This document shows positions 45,650-63,082 of a DNA stretch of 64,000 bases, in pieces. Source of the DNA: Escherichia phage W143. The position numbers and the translations under genes are program-made. Position 1 is the first letter of the stretch, and each line of letters starts with the position of its first letter. Under the pieces are notes generated by a model. It did not search any database. It had not been told where the DNA came from and saw only the letters and a program-made list of their open reading frames with translations. The stretch lies in the sequence record MZ189262.1, one strand, 5' to 3'.

Positions 45650-47632
45650 ATGGCAAATACCCCTGTAAATTATCAATTAACAAGAACAGCAAATGCTATT
45701 CCCGAGATATTCGTCGGGGGTACATTTGCTGAAATAAAACAAAACCTCATTGAATGGCTTAATGGCCAAAATGAATTTTTGGATTATGATTTTGAAGGCT
45801 CAAGATTAAACGTTCTGTGTGACCTTTTAGCTTATAATACATTATACATTCAGCAGTTTGGTAATGCTGCCGTATATGAAAGCTTTATGCGTACTGCTAA
45901 CTTACGTAGTTCAGTAGTTCAAGCGGCACAAGATAATGGATATTTACCTACTTCAAAATCAGCTGCTCAAACTGAAATTATGTTAACTTGCACAGACGCA
46001 TTGAATAGAAATTACATTACTATTCCTCGTGGTACTCGCTTTTTAGCATATGCAAAAGATACTTCCGTTAATCCTTACAACTTTGTATCTACCGAAGATG
46101 TTATTGCTATTCGCGATAAAAATAACCAGTATTTTCCACGTTTAAAATTAGCCCAAGGGCGTATAGTAAGAACTGAAATCATTTATGATAAATTAACACC
46201 TATTATCATTTATGACAAAAATATAGATAGAAACCAAGTTAAACTGTACGTTGATGGAGCAGAATGGATTAACTGGACAAGAAAGTCAATGGTTCATGCT
46301 GGTTCTACATCAACAATTTACTACATGCGTGAAACTATTGATGGAAATACTGAATTTTATTTTGGTGAAGGTGAGATTTCTGTTAACGCGGCAGAAGGAG
46401 CATTGACTGCTAATTATATTGGGGGTCTTAAACCTACCCAGAACTCTACGATTGTTATTGAGTACATCAGTACTAACGGCGCAGATGCGAATGGCGCAGT
46501 CGGATTTTCATATGCAGATACATTAACAAATATAACTGTCATCAACATTAATGAAAATCCAAATGATGACCCAGATTTTGTTGGGGCAGATGGCGGCGGC
46601 GATCCAGAAGATATTGAGCGTATTCGCGAATTGGGTACTATTAAACGCGAAACCCAGCAACGCTGCGTAACTGCGACTGACTATGATACATTCGTTTCAG
46701 AGAGATTCGGTTCTATTATTCAAGCGGTTCAGACTTTCACTGATTCTACTAAACCTGGTTATGCATTTATTGCTGCTAAACCTAAATCAGGACTATATTT
46801 AACTACTGTACAACGCGAAGATATTAAAAATTATCTCAAAGATTATAATTTAGCTCCTATTACACCATCAATTATTTCTCCTAATTATCTTTTTGTTAAG
46901 ACTAATTTAAAAGTCACATATGCTTTAAATAAGCTGCAAGAATCAGAACAGTGGCTAGAAGGTCAAATAATTGATAAAATTGATCGTTATTATACCGAAG
47001 ATGTAGAAATTTTTAACTCATCTTTCGCTAAATCTAAGATGTTGACATATGTAGATGATGCAGATCATTCTATTATTGGCTCATCAGCGACAATTCAGAT
47101 GGTACGTGAAGTACAAAACTTCTATAAAACGCCTGAAGCGGGTATTAAATACAATAATCAAATAAAAGATCGTTCTATGGAATCTAATACGTTTTCATTT
47201 AATTCCGGACGAAAGGTTGTAAATCCTGATACTGGCTTAGAAGAAGATGTATTATATGACGTTCGTATAGTATCAACAGACCGAGATTCTAAAGGAATTG
47301 GTAAAGTTATTATTGGTCCATTTGCTTCGGGTGATGTTACAGAAAATGAAAACATTCAGCCATATACAGGCAATGATTTTAATAAATTAGCAAGTTCCGA
47401 TGGACGCGACAAATACTACGTTATCGGTGAAATAAATTATCCAGCTGACATGATTTATTGGAATATCGCTAAAATTAATTTAACATCCGATAAATTTGAG
47501 GTTCAGACTATTGAGCTATATTCTGATCCAATAGACGATGTTATTTTCACACGCGATGGTTCACTGATTGTATTTGAAAATGATTTACGTCCACAATACT
47601 TAACTATCGATTTGGAGCCTATATCACAATGA
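45650..47632 (+). CDS. 6: Baseplate wedge protein gp6
   Basis: 660 aa; T4 order and size. Confidence 0.9.
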   Translation: MANTPVNYQLTRTANAIPEIFVGGTFAEIKQNLIEWLNGQNEFLDYDFEGSRLNVLCDLLAYNTLYIQQFGNAAVYESFMRTANLRSSVVQAAQDNGYLPTSKSAAQTEIMLTCTDALNRNYITIPRGTRFLAYAKDTSVNPYNFVSTEDVIAIRDKNNQYFPRLKLAQGRIVRTEIIYDKLTPIIIYDKNIDRNQVKLYVDGAEWINWTRKSMVHAGSTSTIYYMRETIDGNTEFYFGEGEISVNAAEGALTANYIGGLKPTQNSTIVIEYISTNGADANGAVGFSYADTLTNITVININENPNDDPDFVGADGGGDPEDIERIRELGTIKRETQQRCVTATDYDTFVSERFGSIIQAVQTFTDSTKPGYAFIAAKPKSGLYLTTVQREDIKNYLKDYNLAPITPSIISPNYLFVKTNLKVTYALNKLQESEQWLEGQIIDKIDRYYTEDVEIFNSSFAKSKMLTYVDDADHSIIGSSATIQMVREVQNFYKTPEAGIKYNNQIKDRSMESNTFSFNSGRKVVNPDTGLEEDVLYDVRIVSTDRDSKGIGKVIIGPFASGDVTENENIQPYTGNDFNKLASSDGRDKYYVIGEINYPADMIYWNIAKINLTSDKFEVQTIELYSDPIDDVIFTRDGSLIVFENDLRPQYLTIDLEPISQ

Positions 47633-50600
47633 CAGTAAAAGCACCTTCAGTCACTAGTCTCAGAATTTCCAAGTTATCCGCAAATCAGGTGCAAGTACGC
47701 TGGGATGACGTTGGTGCTAATTTCTACTATTTTGTAGAAATCGCTGAGACAAAAACAAACTCGGGGGAAAATCTCCCGAGTAATCAATACAGATGGATTA
47801 ACTTAGGATATACTGCAAATAACAGCTTCTTTTTTGATAACGCTAATCCATTGACATCGTACATTATTAGAGTAGCTACAGCTGCGCAGGATTTTGAGCA
47901 GTCTGATTGGATTTATACTGAAGAGTTTGAAACTTTTGCTACAAACGCTTATACATTTCAAAACATGATTGAAATGCAATTAGCTAATAAATTCATTCAG
48001 GAAAAATTTACTCTTAATAATTCTGACTATGTCAATTTTAACAATGACACTATAATGGCTGCATTGATGAATGAATCGTTTCAATTCAGCCCATCATATG
48101 TTGATGTTTCATCAATAAGTAATTTTATTATTGGTGAAAATGAGTATCATGAAATACAAGGTTCTATTCAACAAGTATGTAAGGATATTAACCGAGTTTA
48201 TTTGATGGAATCAGAAGGGATTCTATATCTTTTTGAGCGTTATCAACCTGTAGTTAAAGTATCTAATGATAAAGGACAAACCTGGAAAGCTGTAAAGCTC
48301 TTCAATGACCGCGTAGGATATCCTTTATCTAAGACTGTATATTACCAATCTGCGAGCACAACATACGTTCTAGGATACGACAAGATTTTCTATGGCCGCA
48401 AATCTACTGATGTTAGATGGTCAGCTGATGATGTCAGATTTAGTTCGCAGGATATAACATTCGCTAAACTTGGTGATCAACTTCATTTGGGATTTGATGT
48501 TGAAATCTTTGGTACTTATGCTACATTACCTGCAAATGTGTATCGCATTGCAGAAGCTATTACTTGCACCGATGATTACATTTACGTTGTCGCCAGAGAC
48601 AAAGTTAGATACATAAAAACGAGTAATGCACCTATAGATTCTGATCCATTATCTCCAACATATTCGGAAAGACTTTTTGAACCTGATACAATGACTATAA
48701 CCGGAAATCCTAAAGCAGTATGCTATAAAATGGATTCTATCGGTGATAAAGTTTTTGCTCTTATTATTGGTGAAGTTGAAACATTAAATGCTAATCCTAG
48801 AACATCAAAAATAATTGACTCTGCTGATAAAGGAATATATATTTTAAATCATGACACGAAAACATGGAAAAGAGTTTTTGGCAACACTGAAGAAGAAAGA
48901 AGACGTATTCAACCTGGATATGCGAATATGTCAACTGACGGTAAATTAGTTTCTCTATCTTCGAGTAATTTTAAATTTTTAAGTGATAACATTGTTAATG
49001 ACCCTGAAACTGCAGCGAAATATCAGTTAATCGGTGCTGTTAAATATGAATTTCCTCGTGAATGGCTAGCTGATAAGCATTATCATATGATGGCATTTAT
49101 AGCAGATGAAAAATCTGATTGGGAAACTTTTACGCCTCAGCCGATGAAATACTATGCAGAACCATTCTTTAACTGGTCTAAAAAATCTAACACACGTTGT
49201 TGGATAAACAACTCTGACAGAGCTGTAGTAGTTTATGCTGATTTAAAATACACCAAAGTTATAGAAAATATTCCGGAAACATCACCAGATAGATTAGTTC
49301 ATGAATACTGGGATGATGGTGATTGTACGATAGTAATGCCAAATGTTAAATTCACGGGATTTAAAAAATATGCGTCTGGGATGCTTTTTTATAAATCTTC
49401 TGGTGAAATAATTTCTTACTATGATTTTAACTATCGAGTGAGAGACACGGTTGAAATAATTTGGAAGCCAACTGAAATATTTTTAAAAGCATTTTTACAA
49501 AACCAAGAGCGTGAAACTCCTTGGTCCCCGGAAGAAGAGCATGGATTGGCTGATCCTGATTTAAGACCATTGATTGGCACAATGATGCCTGATTCTTATT
49601 TGCTACAGGATTCTAATTTTGAGGCATTCTGCGAGGCATATATTCAGTATCTTTCCGATGGATATGGAACTCAGTATAATAATTTACGAAATTTAATTCG
49701 TAACCAATATCCGCGAGAAGAGCACGCGTGGGAATATTTGTGGTCAGAGATATATAAAAGAAACATTTATTTAAATGCTGATAAACGTGATGCTGTTGCA
49801 AGATTTTTTGAATCACGTAGCTATGATTTTTATTCTACTAAAGGAATTGAAGCATCATACAAATTTCTTTTTAAAGTTCTTTATAATGAAGAAGTTGAAA
49901 TTGAAATTGAATCTGGGGCTGGTACTGAATATGATATAATCGTTCAATCTGATTCTTTGACTGAAGATTTAGTAGGACAAACGATTTATACAGCTACAGG
50001 AAGATGTAATGTTACTTATATAGAAAGAAGCTATTCCAATGGCAAATTGCAATGGACCGTAACTATTCATAATCTTTTGGGAAGATTAATTGCCGGTCAA
50101 GAAGTTAAAGCAGAAAGACTCCCTAGTTTCGAAGGCGAAATTATTCGCGGGGTTAAAGGAAAGGATTTGCTTCAAAATAATATAGACTATATTAATAGAA
50201 GTAGATCATATTATGTAATGAAAATTAAATCCAATTTACCTTCTTCCCGCTGGAAATCTGACGTTATTCGTTTTGTTCATCCAGTAGGATTTGGATTTAT
50301 AGCAATTACCCTTTTAACAATGTTTATTAATGTTGGTTTAACTCTTAAACATACAGAGACTATAATTAATAAATACAAAAACTATAAATGGGATTCTGGA
50401 TTGCCTACTGAATACGCTGATAGAGTAGCTAAATTGACTCCAACCGGTGAAATTGAGCATGATTCGGTAACAGGCGAAGCAATTTATGAACCTGGCCCAA
50501 TGGCTGGTGTAGAATATCCTCTTCCTGATGACTATAATGCTGAAAATAATAATTCAATATTTCAAGGTCAATTGCCGTCTGAACGACGTAAATTAATGAG

Positions 50601-50727
50601 TCCTCTATTTGATGCATCTGGAACAACATTTGCACAATTTAGGGATTTAGTTAATAAACGTCTAAAAGATAATATAGGAAATCCAAGAGACCCTGAAAAT
50701 CCAACACAGGTTAAAATAGATGAATGA
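47629..50727 (+). CDS. 7: Baseplate wedge protein gp7
   Basis: 1032 aa; T4 order and size. Confidence 0.9.
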   Translation: MTVKAPSVTSLRISKLSANQVQVRWDDVGANFYYFVEIAETKTNSGENLPSNQYRWINLGYTANNSFFFDNANPLTSYIIRVATAAQDFEQSDWIYTEEFETFATNAYTFQNMIEMQLANKFIQEKFTLNNSDYVNFNNDTIMAALMNESFQFSPSYVDVSSISNFIIGENEYHEIQGSIQQVCKDINRVYLMESEGILYLFERYQPVVKVSNDKGQTWKAVKLFNDRVGYPLSKTVYYQSASTTYVLGYDKIFYGRKSTDVRWSADDVRFSSQDITFAKLGDQLHLGFDVEIFGTYATLPANVYRIAEAITCTDDYIYVVARDKVRYIKTSNAPIDSDPLSPTYSERLFEPDTMTITGNPKAVCYKMDSIGDKVFALIIGEVETLNANPRTSKIIDSADKGIYILNHDTKTWKRVFGNTEEERRRIQPGYANMSTDGKLVSLSSSNFKFLSDNIVNDPETAAKYQLIGAVKYEFPREWLADKHYHMMAFIADEKSDWETFTPQPMKYYAEPFFNWSKKSNTRCWINNSDRAVVVYADLKYTKVIENIPETSPDRLVHEYWDDGDCTIVMPNVKFTGFKKYASGMLFYKSSGEIISYYDFNYRVRDTVEIIWKPTEIFLKAFLQNQERETPWSPEEEHGLADPDLRPLIGTMMPDSYLLQDSNFEAFCEAYIQYLSDGYGTQYNNLRNLIRNQYPREEHAWEYLWSEIYKRNIYLNADKRDAVARFFESRSYDFYSTKGIEASYKFLFKVLYNEEVEIEIESGAGTEYDIIVQSDSLTEDLVGQTIYTATGRCNVTYIERSYSNGKLQWTVTIHNLLGRLIAGQEVKAERLPSFEGEIIRGVKGKDLLQNNIDYINRSRSYYVMKIKSNLPSSRWKSDVIRFVHPVGFGFIAITLLTMFINVGLTLKHTETIINKYKNYKWDSGLPTEYADRVAKLTPTGEIEHDSVTGEAIYEPGPMAGVEYPLPDDYNAENNNSIFQGQLPSERRKLMSPLFDASGTTFAQFRDLVNKRLKDNIGNPRDPENPTQVKIDE

Positions 50728-51724
50728 TTCAAGTGTTATCTATCGTGCGATAGTTACTTCAAAATTTAGAACAGAAAAAATGTTGAATTTTTATAATTCA
50801 ATTGGAAGTGGTCCGGATAAAAACACTATCTTTATTACATTTGGAAGATCAGAACCGTGGTCATCAAACGAAAATGAGGTGGGATTTGCCCCACCTTATC
50901 CCACCGATTCTGTGTTAGGTGTAACTGACATGTGGACTCATATGATGGGAACCGTGAAGGTTCTTCCATCTATGCTTGATGCAGTTATTCCTCGTCGAGA
51001 TTGGGGAGATACTAGATATCCGGATCCATACACATTTAGAATTAACGATATTGTAGTGTGTAACTCAGCTCCTTACAACGCTACCGAATCAGGCGCAGGC
51101 TGGTTAGTATATCGTTGTTTAGATGTTCCTGATACTGGAATGTGCTCAATTGAGTCTTTAACTAATAAGGATGAATGCCTTAAGCTAGGTGGAAAATGGA
51201 CTCCTTCTGTTAGGTCAATGACTCCTCCTGAAGGTCGAGGAGACGCGGAAGGAACAATCGAACCTGGAGACGGGTATGTATGGGAATATCTTTTTGAGAT
51301 TCCGCCTGATGTATCTATAAACAGATGCACGAATGAATATATCGTGGTTCCTTGGCCTGAGGAATTAAAAGAAGATCCGACTAGATGGGGGTATGAAGAT
51401 AACCTCACTTGGCAGCAAGATGATTTTGGATTAATTTACCGTGTTAAGGCAAATACTATTCGTTTTAAAGCATACTTAGATTCAGTTTATTTTCCTGAAG
51501 CTGCATTGCCAGGAAATAAAGGATTTAGACAAATATCGATAATCACGAATCCTCTTGAAGCTAAAGTTCATCCAAATGACCCAAACGTTAAAGCTGAAAA
51601 GGATTACTATGATCCGGAAGATTTAATGAGGCATTCGGGCGAAATGATTTATATGGAAAATAGGCCACCTATTATTATGGCAATGGATCAAACAGAAGAA
51701 ATCAATATTCTGTTTACATTTTAA
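50720..51724 (+). CDS. 8: Baseplate wedge protein gp8
   Basis: 334 aa; T4 order and size. Confidence 0.9.
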   Translation: MNDSSVIYRAIVTSKFRTEKMLNFYNSIGSGPDKNTIFITFGRSEPWSSNENEVGFAPPYPTDSVLGVTDMWTHMMGTVKVLPSMLDAVIPRRDWGDTRYPDPYTFRINDIVVCNSAPYNATESGAGWLVYRCLDVPDTGMCSIESLTNKDECLKLGGKWTPSVRSMTPPEGRGDAEGTIEPGDGYVWEYLFEIPPDVSINRCTNEYIVVPWPEELKEDPTRWGYEDNLTWQQDDFGLIYRVKANTIRFKAYLDSVYFPEAALPGNKGFRQISIITNPLEAKVHPNDPNVKAEKDYYDPEDLMRHSGEMIYMENRPPIIMAMDQTEEINILFTF

Positions 51725-51729
51725 ATTAA

Positions 51730-51752
51730 GGGAGCCCATGGGCTCCCTTTTT
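51730..51752 (+). terminator. Rho-independent terminator after gene 8
   Basis: GGGAGCC-CAUG-GGCUCCC hairpin followed by U5. Confidence 0.65.
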
Positions 51753-51755
51753 CTT

Positions 51756-51763
51756 TATAAATA
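51756..51763 (+). promoter_or_regulatory. Late promoter TATAAATA for gene 9
   Basis: Exact match 25 nt upstream of the gp9 ATG. Confidence 0.65.
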
Positions 51764-51787
51764 CTATAAACTCATAAGGAAACCGCT

Positions 51788-52654
51788 ATGTTCATTCAAG
51801 AACCAAAGAAATTGATTGATACCGGCGAAATTGGTAACGCTTCTACTGGTGATATCTTATTCGACGGTGGTAATAAAATTAATAGTGATTTTAATGCAAT
51901 TTATAACGCGTTTGGCGATCAGCGTAAAATGGCAGTAGCAAATGGTACTGGTGCTGACGGCCAAATTATCCATGCTACTGGATATTATCAAAAGCATTCT
52001 ATCACAGAGTACGCAACTCCAGTAAAAGTTGGCACTAGACATGATATTGATACCTCTGCTGTTGGTGTTAAAGTTATCATTGAAAGAGGAGAACTCGGCG
52101 ACTGTGTTGAATTCATTAATTCTAATGGATCGATATCAGTTACTAATCCTTTAACAATTCAAGCCATTGATTCAATTAAAGGTGTTTCGGGTAATTTGGT
52201 AGTAACTAGCCCATATAGTAAAGTAACTTTGCGCTGTATTTCATCTGATAATTCTACGTCAGTTTGGAATTATTCTATTGAAAGTATGTTTGGCCAAAAG
52301 GAATCACCTGCCGAAGGTACATGGAATATTTCTACATCTGGATCAGTTGACATTCCATTATTTCATCGTACTGAATACAATATGGCTAAATTGCTAGTTA
52401 CTTGTCAATCGGTAGATGGAAGAAAAATTAAAACGGCAGAAATAAATATTCTTGTAGATACTGTTAATTCAACGGTCATTTCTTCTGAATATGCTGTCAT
52501 GCGGGTTGGGAATGAAACCGAAGAAGACGAAATCGCTAATATTGCATTTAGTATTAAAGAAAATTATGTAACGGCGACTATAAGTTCTTCAACTGTCGGT
52601 ATGAGAGCAGCAGTTAAAGTTATCGCTACGCAGAAAATCGGGGTGGCTCAATAA
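51788..52654 (+). CDS. 9: Baseplate protein gp9 (long tail fibre attachment)
   Basis: 288 aa; T4 order and size. Confidence 0.9.
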   Translation: MFIQEPKKLIDTGEIGNASTGDILFDGGNKINSDFNAIYNAFGDQRKMAVANGTGADGQIIHATGYYQKHSITEYATPVKVGTRHDIDTSAVGVKVIIERGELGDCVEFINSNGSISVTNPLTIQAIDSIKGVSGNLVVTSPYSKVTLRCISSDNSTSVWNYSIESMFGQKESPAEGTWNISTSGSVDIPLFHRTEYNMAKLLVTCQSVDGRKIKTAEINILVDTVNSTVISSEYAVMRVGNETEEDEIANIAFSIKENYVTATISSSTVGMRAAVKVIATQKIGVAQ

Positions 52655-54459
52655 TGAAACAAAATATTAATATCGGTAATGTTGTTGATGATGGTACCGG
52701 TGACTACCTGCGTAAAGGTGGTATAAAAATAAATGAAAACTTTGATGAACTTTATTATGAACTTGGTGATGGAGATGTTCCATATTCAGCCGGTGCCTGG
52801 AAAACTTATGATGCTTCATCTGGACAAACACTAACGGCAGAATGGGGAAAATCATATGCCATTAATACTTCGTCTGGAAGAGTAACTCTACAACTTCCTA
52901 AAGGAACTGTTAATGATTACAACAAGGTAATTAGAGCTAGAGACGTATTCGCTACATGGAACATCAATCCAGTTACTTTAGTAGCTGCTTCCGGAGATAC
53001 AATTAAAGGGTCGTCATCGTCAGTTGAAATTAATATTCAATTTAGCGATTTAGAGCTCGTTTATTGCGCTCCAGGACGTTGGGAATATGTCAAAAATAAA
53101 CAAATTGACAAAATTATTAGTTCAGATATTAGTAATGTAGCTCGCAAAGAATTTTTAGTCGAAGTTCAAGGGCAAACAGACTTTTTAGATGTTTTCAATG
53201 GAACTAGTTATAATGTCAATAACATCAGAGTAAAACATCGTGGTAACGAATTGTATTACGGTGATGTATTTAGCGAAAATAGTGACTTTGGCTCTCCGGG
53301 CGAAAATGAAGGCGAATTAGTTCCTCTCGATGGATTTAATATTAGGCTAAGACAGCCATGTAATATTGGTGACACCGTTCAAATTGAAACATTTATGGAT
53401 GGTGTATCACAATGGAGAAGTTCATATACTAGACGCCAAATAAAAGTACTAGATTCAAAACTAACATCAAAGACTTCTTTAGAAGGAAGCATTTATGTTA
53501 CTGATTTATCGGCGATGAAATCAATTCCATTTTCTGCATTTGGATTAATTCCTGGTGAACCCATTAATCCTAACTCTCTTGAGGTTCGTTTTAATGGAAT
53601 TTTACAGCAGCAGGCTGGAACAGCTGGATATCCTCTGTTTTTGTGTGAAGGCGCTAATTCAGATACGCAAGAAGGATGTATATCTCTTGGTGGCGAATGG
53701 AAAGAATCAAACACCGATTATTCTATAGAATATGAAGACGGAAAACCTATCAGTCTTTTATTTGATAGAAAATTTGAATCCGGCGACATTATCGTTATAA
53801 CATGGTTCAATAATGATTTAGGAACTCTTTTAGAAAAAGATGACATTATTGAATTAACGGATGACCGTTATGTTAGCAAAGGATCATCTACCGAAGTTAC
53901 TGGTGATGTAGCCTTAACCGATTTTGATAAAATCGGTTGGCCAAATGTTGAAAAAGTTGATTCTTATACTAGAACGTATAATTCAATATCATCTATTTTC
54001 GATAGCATTTATCCTGTTGGTTCAATTTATGAAAATGCTATAAATCCAAATAATCCGGTGACTTATATGGGATTTGGTTCATGGAAATTATTTGGTAAAG
54101 GACAAGTTTTAGTAGGATGGAATGATGATGTTACGGATCCAAACTTTGCTTTAAACAATAATGATTTAGATTCTAGCGGAAATCCTTCACATACTGCCGG
54201 TGGAACAGTTGGAACAACAACGGTGACACTTGAAAACGCAAATCTTCCTGCAACTAAAACCGACGAAAGAGTTTTAATTGAAGACGAAAACGGATCAGTT
54301 ATTATTGGAGGTTGCCAATATGACCCAGATGAAACTGGTCCTATATATACAAAATATCGTGAAGACTACGCAACAACAAACTCTTCACATACTCCTCCTG
54401 CTAATATTAGTAATATTCAACCGTCTATTACTGTATACCGTTGGATAAGGATTGCATAA
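52654..54459 (+). CDS. 10: Baseplate wedge protein gp10
   Basis: 601 aa; T4 order and size. Confidence 0.9.
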   Translation: MKQNINIGNVVDDGTGDYLRKGGIKINENFDELYYELGDGDVPYSAGAWKTYDASSGQTLTAEWGKSYAINTSSGRVTLQLPKGTVNDYNKVIRARDVFATWNINPVTLVAASGDTIKGSSSSVEINIQFSDLELVYCAPGRWEYVKNKQIDKIISSDISNVARKEFLVEVQGQTDFLDVFNGTSYNVNNIRVKHRGNELYYGDVFSENSDFGSPGENEGELVPLDGFNIRLRQPCNIGDTVQIETFMDGVSQWRSSYTRRQIKVLDSKLTSKTSLEGSIYVTDLSAMKSIPFSAFGLIPGEPINPNSLEVRFNGILQQQAGTAGYPLFLCEGANSDTQEGCISLGGEWKESNTDYSIEYEDGKPISLLFDRKFESGDIIVITWFNNDLGTLLEKDDIIELTDDRYVSKGSSTEVTGDVALTDFDKIGWPNVEKVDSYTRTYNSISSIFDSIYPVGSIYENAINPNNPVTYMGFGSWKLFGKGQVLVGWNDDVTDPNFALNNNDLDSSGNPSHTAGGTVGTTTVTLENANLPATKTDERVLIEDENGSVIIGGCQYDPDETGPIYTKYREDYATTNSSHTPPANISNIQPSITVYRWIRIA

Positions 54460-55118
54460 TGAGTTTACTTAATAATAAAGCGGGAGTTATTTCCCGCTTA
54501 GCAGATTTTCTTGGTTTTAGAACTAAGAAAAATGATATTTCGGTTATGAATAATCAGCCAGTAGGCGCTGTAACAATTTCACAAATAGCAAAAGGTTTTT
54601 ATGACCCAAATGTAGAATCTGCTATCAATGATGTTAGAAATATGGCAGAGCAACAAGTTGGAGCTGTATTAGTTAATATAAGCGGCGTATCTCCTACTGG
54701 CGTGCAGCAAACAGACTATTGGTCATTTGAAGGAACTGTTACTGATACTTCAGCCAAACCGGGTGACCCAGTTATTGTTAACATGTTTGGCATTCCTGTT
54801 AAAGCTACTAACGGAATGACTTCAATCGAATTTACCAGTGCCGTTAGAACAGCTCTGCAGGAAATGGTTGCAAAATTTATTGCAATTGATTCATTTGAAG
54901 ACCATCCTACCATAGGAAATAAAATACAAGTTAAGTATTTAGATAACCAAGAACATATCTTAGAACAATACTCTGATAAAGGAATTACTTTCAAACAAGA
55001 AATAATTTCTCCTTCTAAACCTGGATACGGAACTTGGCAATTATTAGGTGCGCAAACTGTTACGCTAGATAGTCACACACAACCTACAGTATTTTATTAT
55101 TTTGAGAGAATAGCATGA
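54459..55118 (+). CDS. 11: Baseplate protein gp11 (short tail fibre connector)
   Basis: Track start is TTG 54441; ATG 54459 with SD AAGGA and TAATG overlap gives 219 aa, the T4 length. Confidence 0.88.
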   Translation: MSLLNNKAGVISRLADFLGFRTKKNDISVMNNQPVGAVTISQIAKGFYDPNVESAINDVRNMAEQQVGAVLVNISGVSPTGVQQTDYWSFEGTVTDTSAKPGDPVIVNMFGIPVKATNGMTSIEFTSAVRTALQEMVAKFIAIDSFEDHPTIGNKIQVKYLDNQEHILEQYSDKGITFKQEIISPSKPGYGTWQLLGAQTVTLDSHTQPTVFYYFERIA

Positions 55119-56671
55119 GTAACAATACATATCAGCACGTATCAAATGAATCAAAATATGTTAAATTCGATCCAGTAGGATCGAATTTTCCTGACACTGT
55201 CACGACAGTGCAGTCTGCATTATCAAAAATAAGTAATATCGGTGTAAATGGTATTCCTGATGCAACTATGGAAGTTAAAGGAATAGCAATGATTGCGTCA
55301 GAGCAAGAGGTTTTAGATGGAACTAATAATTCTAAAATCGTTACACCAGCTACATTAGCAACAAGATTATTGTATCCAAACGCTACTGAAACTAAGTATG
55401 GTTTAACGCGCTATTCAACAAATGAAGAAACATTAGAAGGCTCAGATAATAATTCATCAATAACGCCGCAAAAACTGAAATACCATACTGACGATGTGTT
55501 CCAAAATAGATATTCGTCTGAGTCATCAAACGGGGTTATTAAAATATCATCAACACCTGCAGCTTTAGCTGGAGTTGATGATACTACGGCAATGACTCCA
55601 TTAAAAACGCAAAAACTTGCAATAAAATTAATTTCACAAATAGCTCCTTCCGAAGATACTGCATCAGAATCTGTGAGAGGTGTAGTTCAATTATCTACTG
55701 TTGCGCAAACTCGTCAAGGAACTCTCCGCGAAGGATATGCAATTTCTCCGTATACCTTTATGAATTCTATTGCAACACAAGAATATAAGGGTGTTATACG
55801 TTTAGGAACGCAATCGGAAATTAACAGTAATTTAGGAGATGTTGCAGTAACAGGTGAAACACTAAATGGTCGAGGAGCTACTGGTTCTATGCGTGGGGTG
55901 GTAAAATTAACGACGCAAGCCGGTATTGCCCCAGAGGGTGATAGCTCTGGAGCATTAGCATGGAACGCAGATGTAATTAATACTCGTGGTGGACAAACTA
56001 TTAATGGTTCTTTAAATTTAGACCATCTTACAGCAAACGGAATTTGGTCACGCGGCGGTATGTGGAAAAATGGCGATCAACCTGTTGCCACTGAAAGATA
56101 TGCGTCCGAAAGAGTTCCAGTTGGAACTATTATGATGTTTGCGGGTGATTCAGCACCTCCGGGTTGGATTATGTGCCACGGCGGAACCGTGTCAGGAGAT
56201 CAATATCCTGATTATAGAAACACAGTTGGAACAAGATTTGGTGGTGATTGGAATAACCCTGGCATTCCTGATATGCGAGGTCTTTTCGTCAGAGGAGCTG
56301 GCACGGGCGGTCATATTTTAAATCAACGAGGACAAGATGGCTATGGGAAGGATAGACTTGGTGTAGGATGCGACGGAATGCATGTTGGCGGTGTTCAGGC
56401 ACAACAAATGTCATACCATAAACACGCTGGTGCCTGGGGGGAAAATGGAAATAACAGAGGTTATGCACCGTTTGGCGCATCTAACCGCAGTGGATATTTA
56501 GGCAATGGTAAAAGCGCCGACTGGGACAACCATTTGTTCTTTACTAACGACGGATTTGAAATGGGTGGTGCTCGTGACTCGTTTGGCACGTTAAACCGTG
56601 AAGGATTAATTGGTTATGAAACTAGACCATGGAATATATCATTAAACTATATTATTAAAGTTCATTACTAA
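55115..56671 (+). CDS. 12: Short tail fibre protein gp12
   Basis: 518 aa starting [13 protein letters not shown]; conserved C-terminal HKHAG region. Confidence 0.9.
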   Translation: MSNNTYQHVSNESKYVKFDPVGSNFPDTVTTVQSALSKISNIGVNGIPDATMEVKGIAMIASEQEVLDGTNNSKIVTPATLATRLLYPNATETKYGLTRYSTNEETLEGSDNNSSITPQKLKYHTDDVFQNRYSSESSNGVIKISSTPAALAGVDDTTAMTPLKTQKLAIKLISQIAPSEDTASESVRGVVQLSTVAQTRQGTLREGYAISPYTFMNSIATQEYKGVIRLGTQSEINSNLGDVAVTGETLNGRGATGSMRGVVKLTTQAGIAPEGDSSGALAWNADVINTRGGQTINGSLNLDHLTANGIWSRGGMWKNGDQPVATERYASERVPVGTIMMFAGDSAPPGWIMCHGGTVSGDQYPDYRNTVGTRFGGDWNNPGIPDMRGLFVRGAGTGGHILNQRGQDGYGKDRLGVGCDGMHVGGVQAQQMSYHKHAGAWGENGNNRGYAPFGASNRSGYLGNGKSADWDNHLFFTNDGFEMGGARDSFGTLNREGLIGYETRPWNISLNYIIKVHY

Positions 56672-56680
56672 GGATTACAA

Positions 56681-58138
56681 ATGATTGAATTAAAAGAGTT
56701 ACCTTTTGTTGATAGCGTTCCTGGCGAAGGCCAGGAACGTATTTCATGGATTAAAAATGGTGAAGAAATATTAGGAGCTAGTACTAAGTATGGAAATGAT
56801 GGATCAATGAATAGACCTACAGTTTCTGTACTAAGAAATGTTGAAGTTCTTGATAAAAACATTGGAATACTCAAAACATCTTTAGAATCCGCGAATAGTG
56901 ATATTAAAACAATTCAGGGCATCTTAGATGTATCTGGTGATATTGAAGCTTTGGCCCAAATAAGTATTAATAAAAAGGATATTTCTGACCTCAAAACGCT
57001 AACCAGTGAACATACAGAAATATTAAATGGAACTAATAGTACAGTTGACAGCATTCTTGCTGATATTGGTCCATTTAACTCCGAGGCCAACTCTGTATAC
57101 AGAACGATCAGAAATGATTTACTATGGATAAAGCGTGAACTTGGACAATACACGGGTCAAGATATTAATGGTCTTCCTGTTGTAGGAAATCCTAGCACAG
57201 GAATGAAGCATCGCATTATTAATAATACTGATGTCATTACTTCACAGGGAATACGTTTAAGCGAATTAGAAACAAAATTTATTGAATCTGACGTAGGTTC
57301 TTTGACTATTGAAGTTGGTAATCTTCGCGAAGAACTTGGACCTAAACCACCATCATTTTCACAAACCGTTTACAGTCGCTTAAATGAAATTGACACTAAA
57401 CAGACAACAGTTGAGTCTGACATTAGTGCTATTAAGACCTCAATAGGATATCCAGGAAATACTTCGATTATCGCGAATGTTAATACAAACACTGATAATA
57501 TTGCATCTATTAATTTAGAGCTAAATCAAAGTGGAGGTATTAAACAGCGTTTAACCGTTATTGAAACTTCCATTGGTTCAGATGATATTCCTTCGAGTAT
57601 TAAAGGCCAAATCAAAGATAACACAACTTCAATCGAAGCTCTAAATGGAATCGTCGGTGAAAACACTTCATCCGGTTTAAGAGCGAATGTTTCGTGGTTA
57701 AACCAAATTGTTGGAACTGATTCTAGCGGTGGACAACCTTCTCCTCCTGGGTCTCTTTTAAACCGAGTTTCTATAATTGAAACTTCTGTTTCAAGCTTGA
57801 ACAACGATGTTCAGAACCTACAAGTAGAGATTGGTAATAACAGCACAGGAATTAAAGGGCAAGTTGTAGCGTTAAATACTTTAGTAAATGGAACTAATCC
57901 AAACGGTTCAACTGTCGAAGAACGTGGATTAACCAATTCAATAAAAGCTAACGAAACCAACATTGCATCAGTTACACAAGAAGTGAATACAGCCAAAGGT
58001 AGTATATCTTCTCTGCAAGGTGATGTTCAAGCTCTACAAGAAGCAGGTTATATTCCTGAAGCTCCAAAAGATGGACAAGCTTACGTTCGTAAAGACGGCG
58101 AATGGGTACTACTTTCTACCTTTTTATCACCAGCATAA
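56681..58138 (+). CDS. wac: Fibritin (whisker antigen control)
   Basis: 485 aa coiled coil; C-terminal foldon [27 protein letters not shown]. Confidence 0.92.
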   Translation: MIELKELPFVDSVPGEGQERISWIKNGEEILGASTKYGNDGSMNRPTVSVLRNVEVLDKNIGILKTSLESANSDIKTIQGILDVSGDIEALAQISINKKDISDLKTLTSEHTEILNGTNSTVDSILADIGPFNSEANSVYRTIRNDLLWIKRELGQYTGQDINGLPVVGNPSTGMKHRIINNTDVITSQGIRLSELETKFIESDVGSLTIEVGNLREELGPKPPSFSQTVYSRLNEIDTKQTTVESDISAIKTSIGYPGNTSIIANVNTNTDNIASINLELNQSGGIKQRLTVIETSIGSDDIPSSIKGQIKDNTTSIEALNGIVGENTSSGLRANVSWLNQIVGTDSSGGQPSPPGSLLNRVSIIETSVSSLNNDVQNLQVEIGNNSTGIKGQVVALNTLVNGTNPNGSTVEERGLTNSIKANETNIASVTQEVNTAKGSISSLQGDVQALQEAGYIPEAPKDGQAYVRKDGEWVLLSTFLSPA

Positions 58139-58142
58139 CATG

Positions 58143-58158
58143 GGGCCGCAAGGCCCCA
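58143..58158 (+). other. GC hairpin GGGGCC-GCAA-GGCCCC after wac
   Basis: Inverted repeat read from sequence; weak T-tract, so terminator function uncertain. Confidence 0.4.
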
Positions 58159-58170
58159 AAGGATTTTTAA

Positions 58171-59872
<1,702 letters not shown>

Positions 59873-59913
59873 TAAATATTATAAACTAATTAAAGCCCAG
59901 ATTAGGAGAAATC

Positions 59914-63054
<3,141 letters not shown>

Positions 63055-63082
63055 TATTAAAGCATATTAAAGAGGATTAAAA

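Noticed and set aside
51073-51408. Minus-strand ORFs inside late genes (for example within gp8, gp10, gp11 and wac)
   Set aside because: Nested antisense ORFs inside conserved structural genes, with no promoter or SD; treated as chance ORFs
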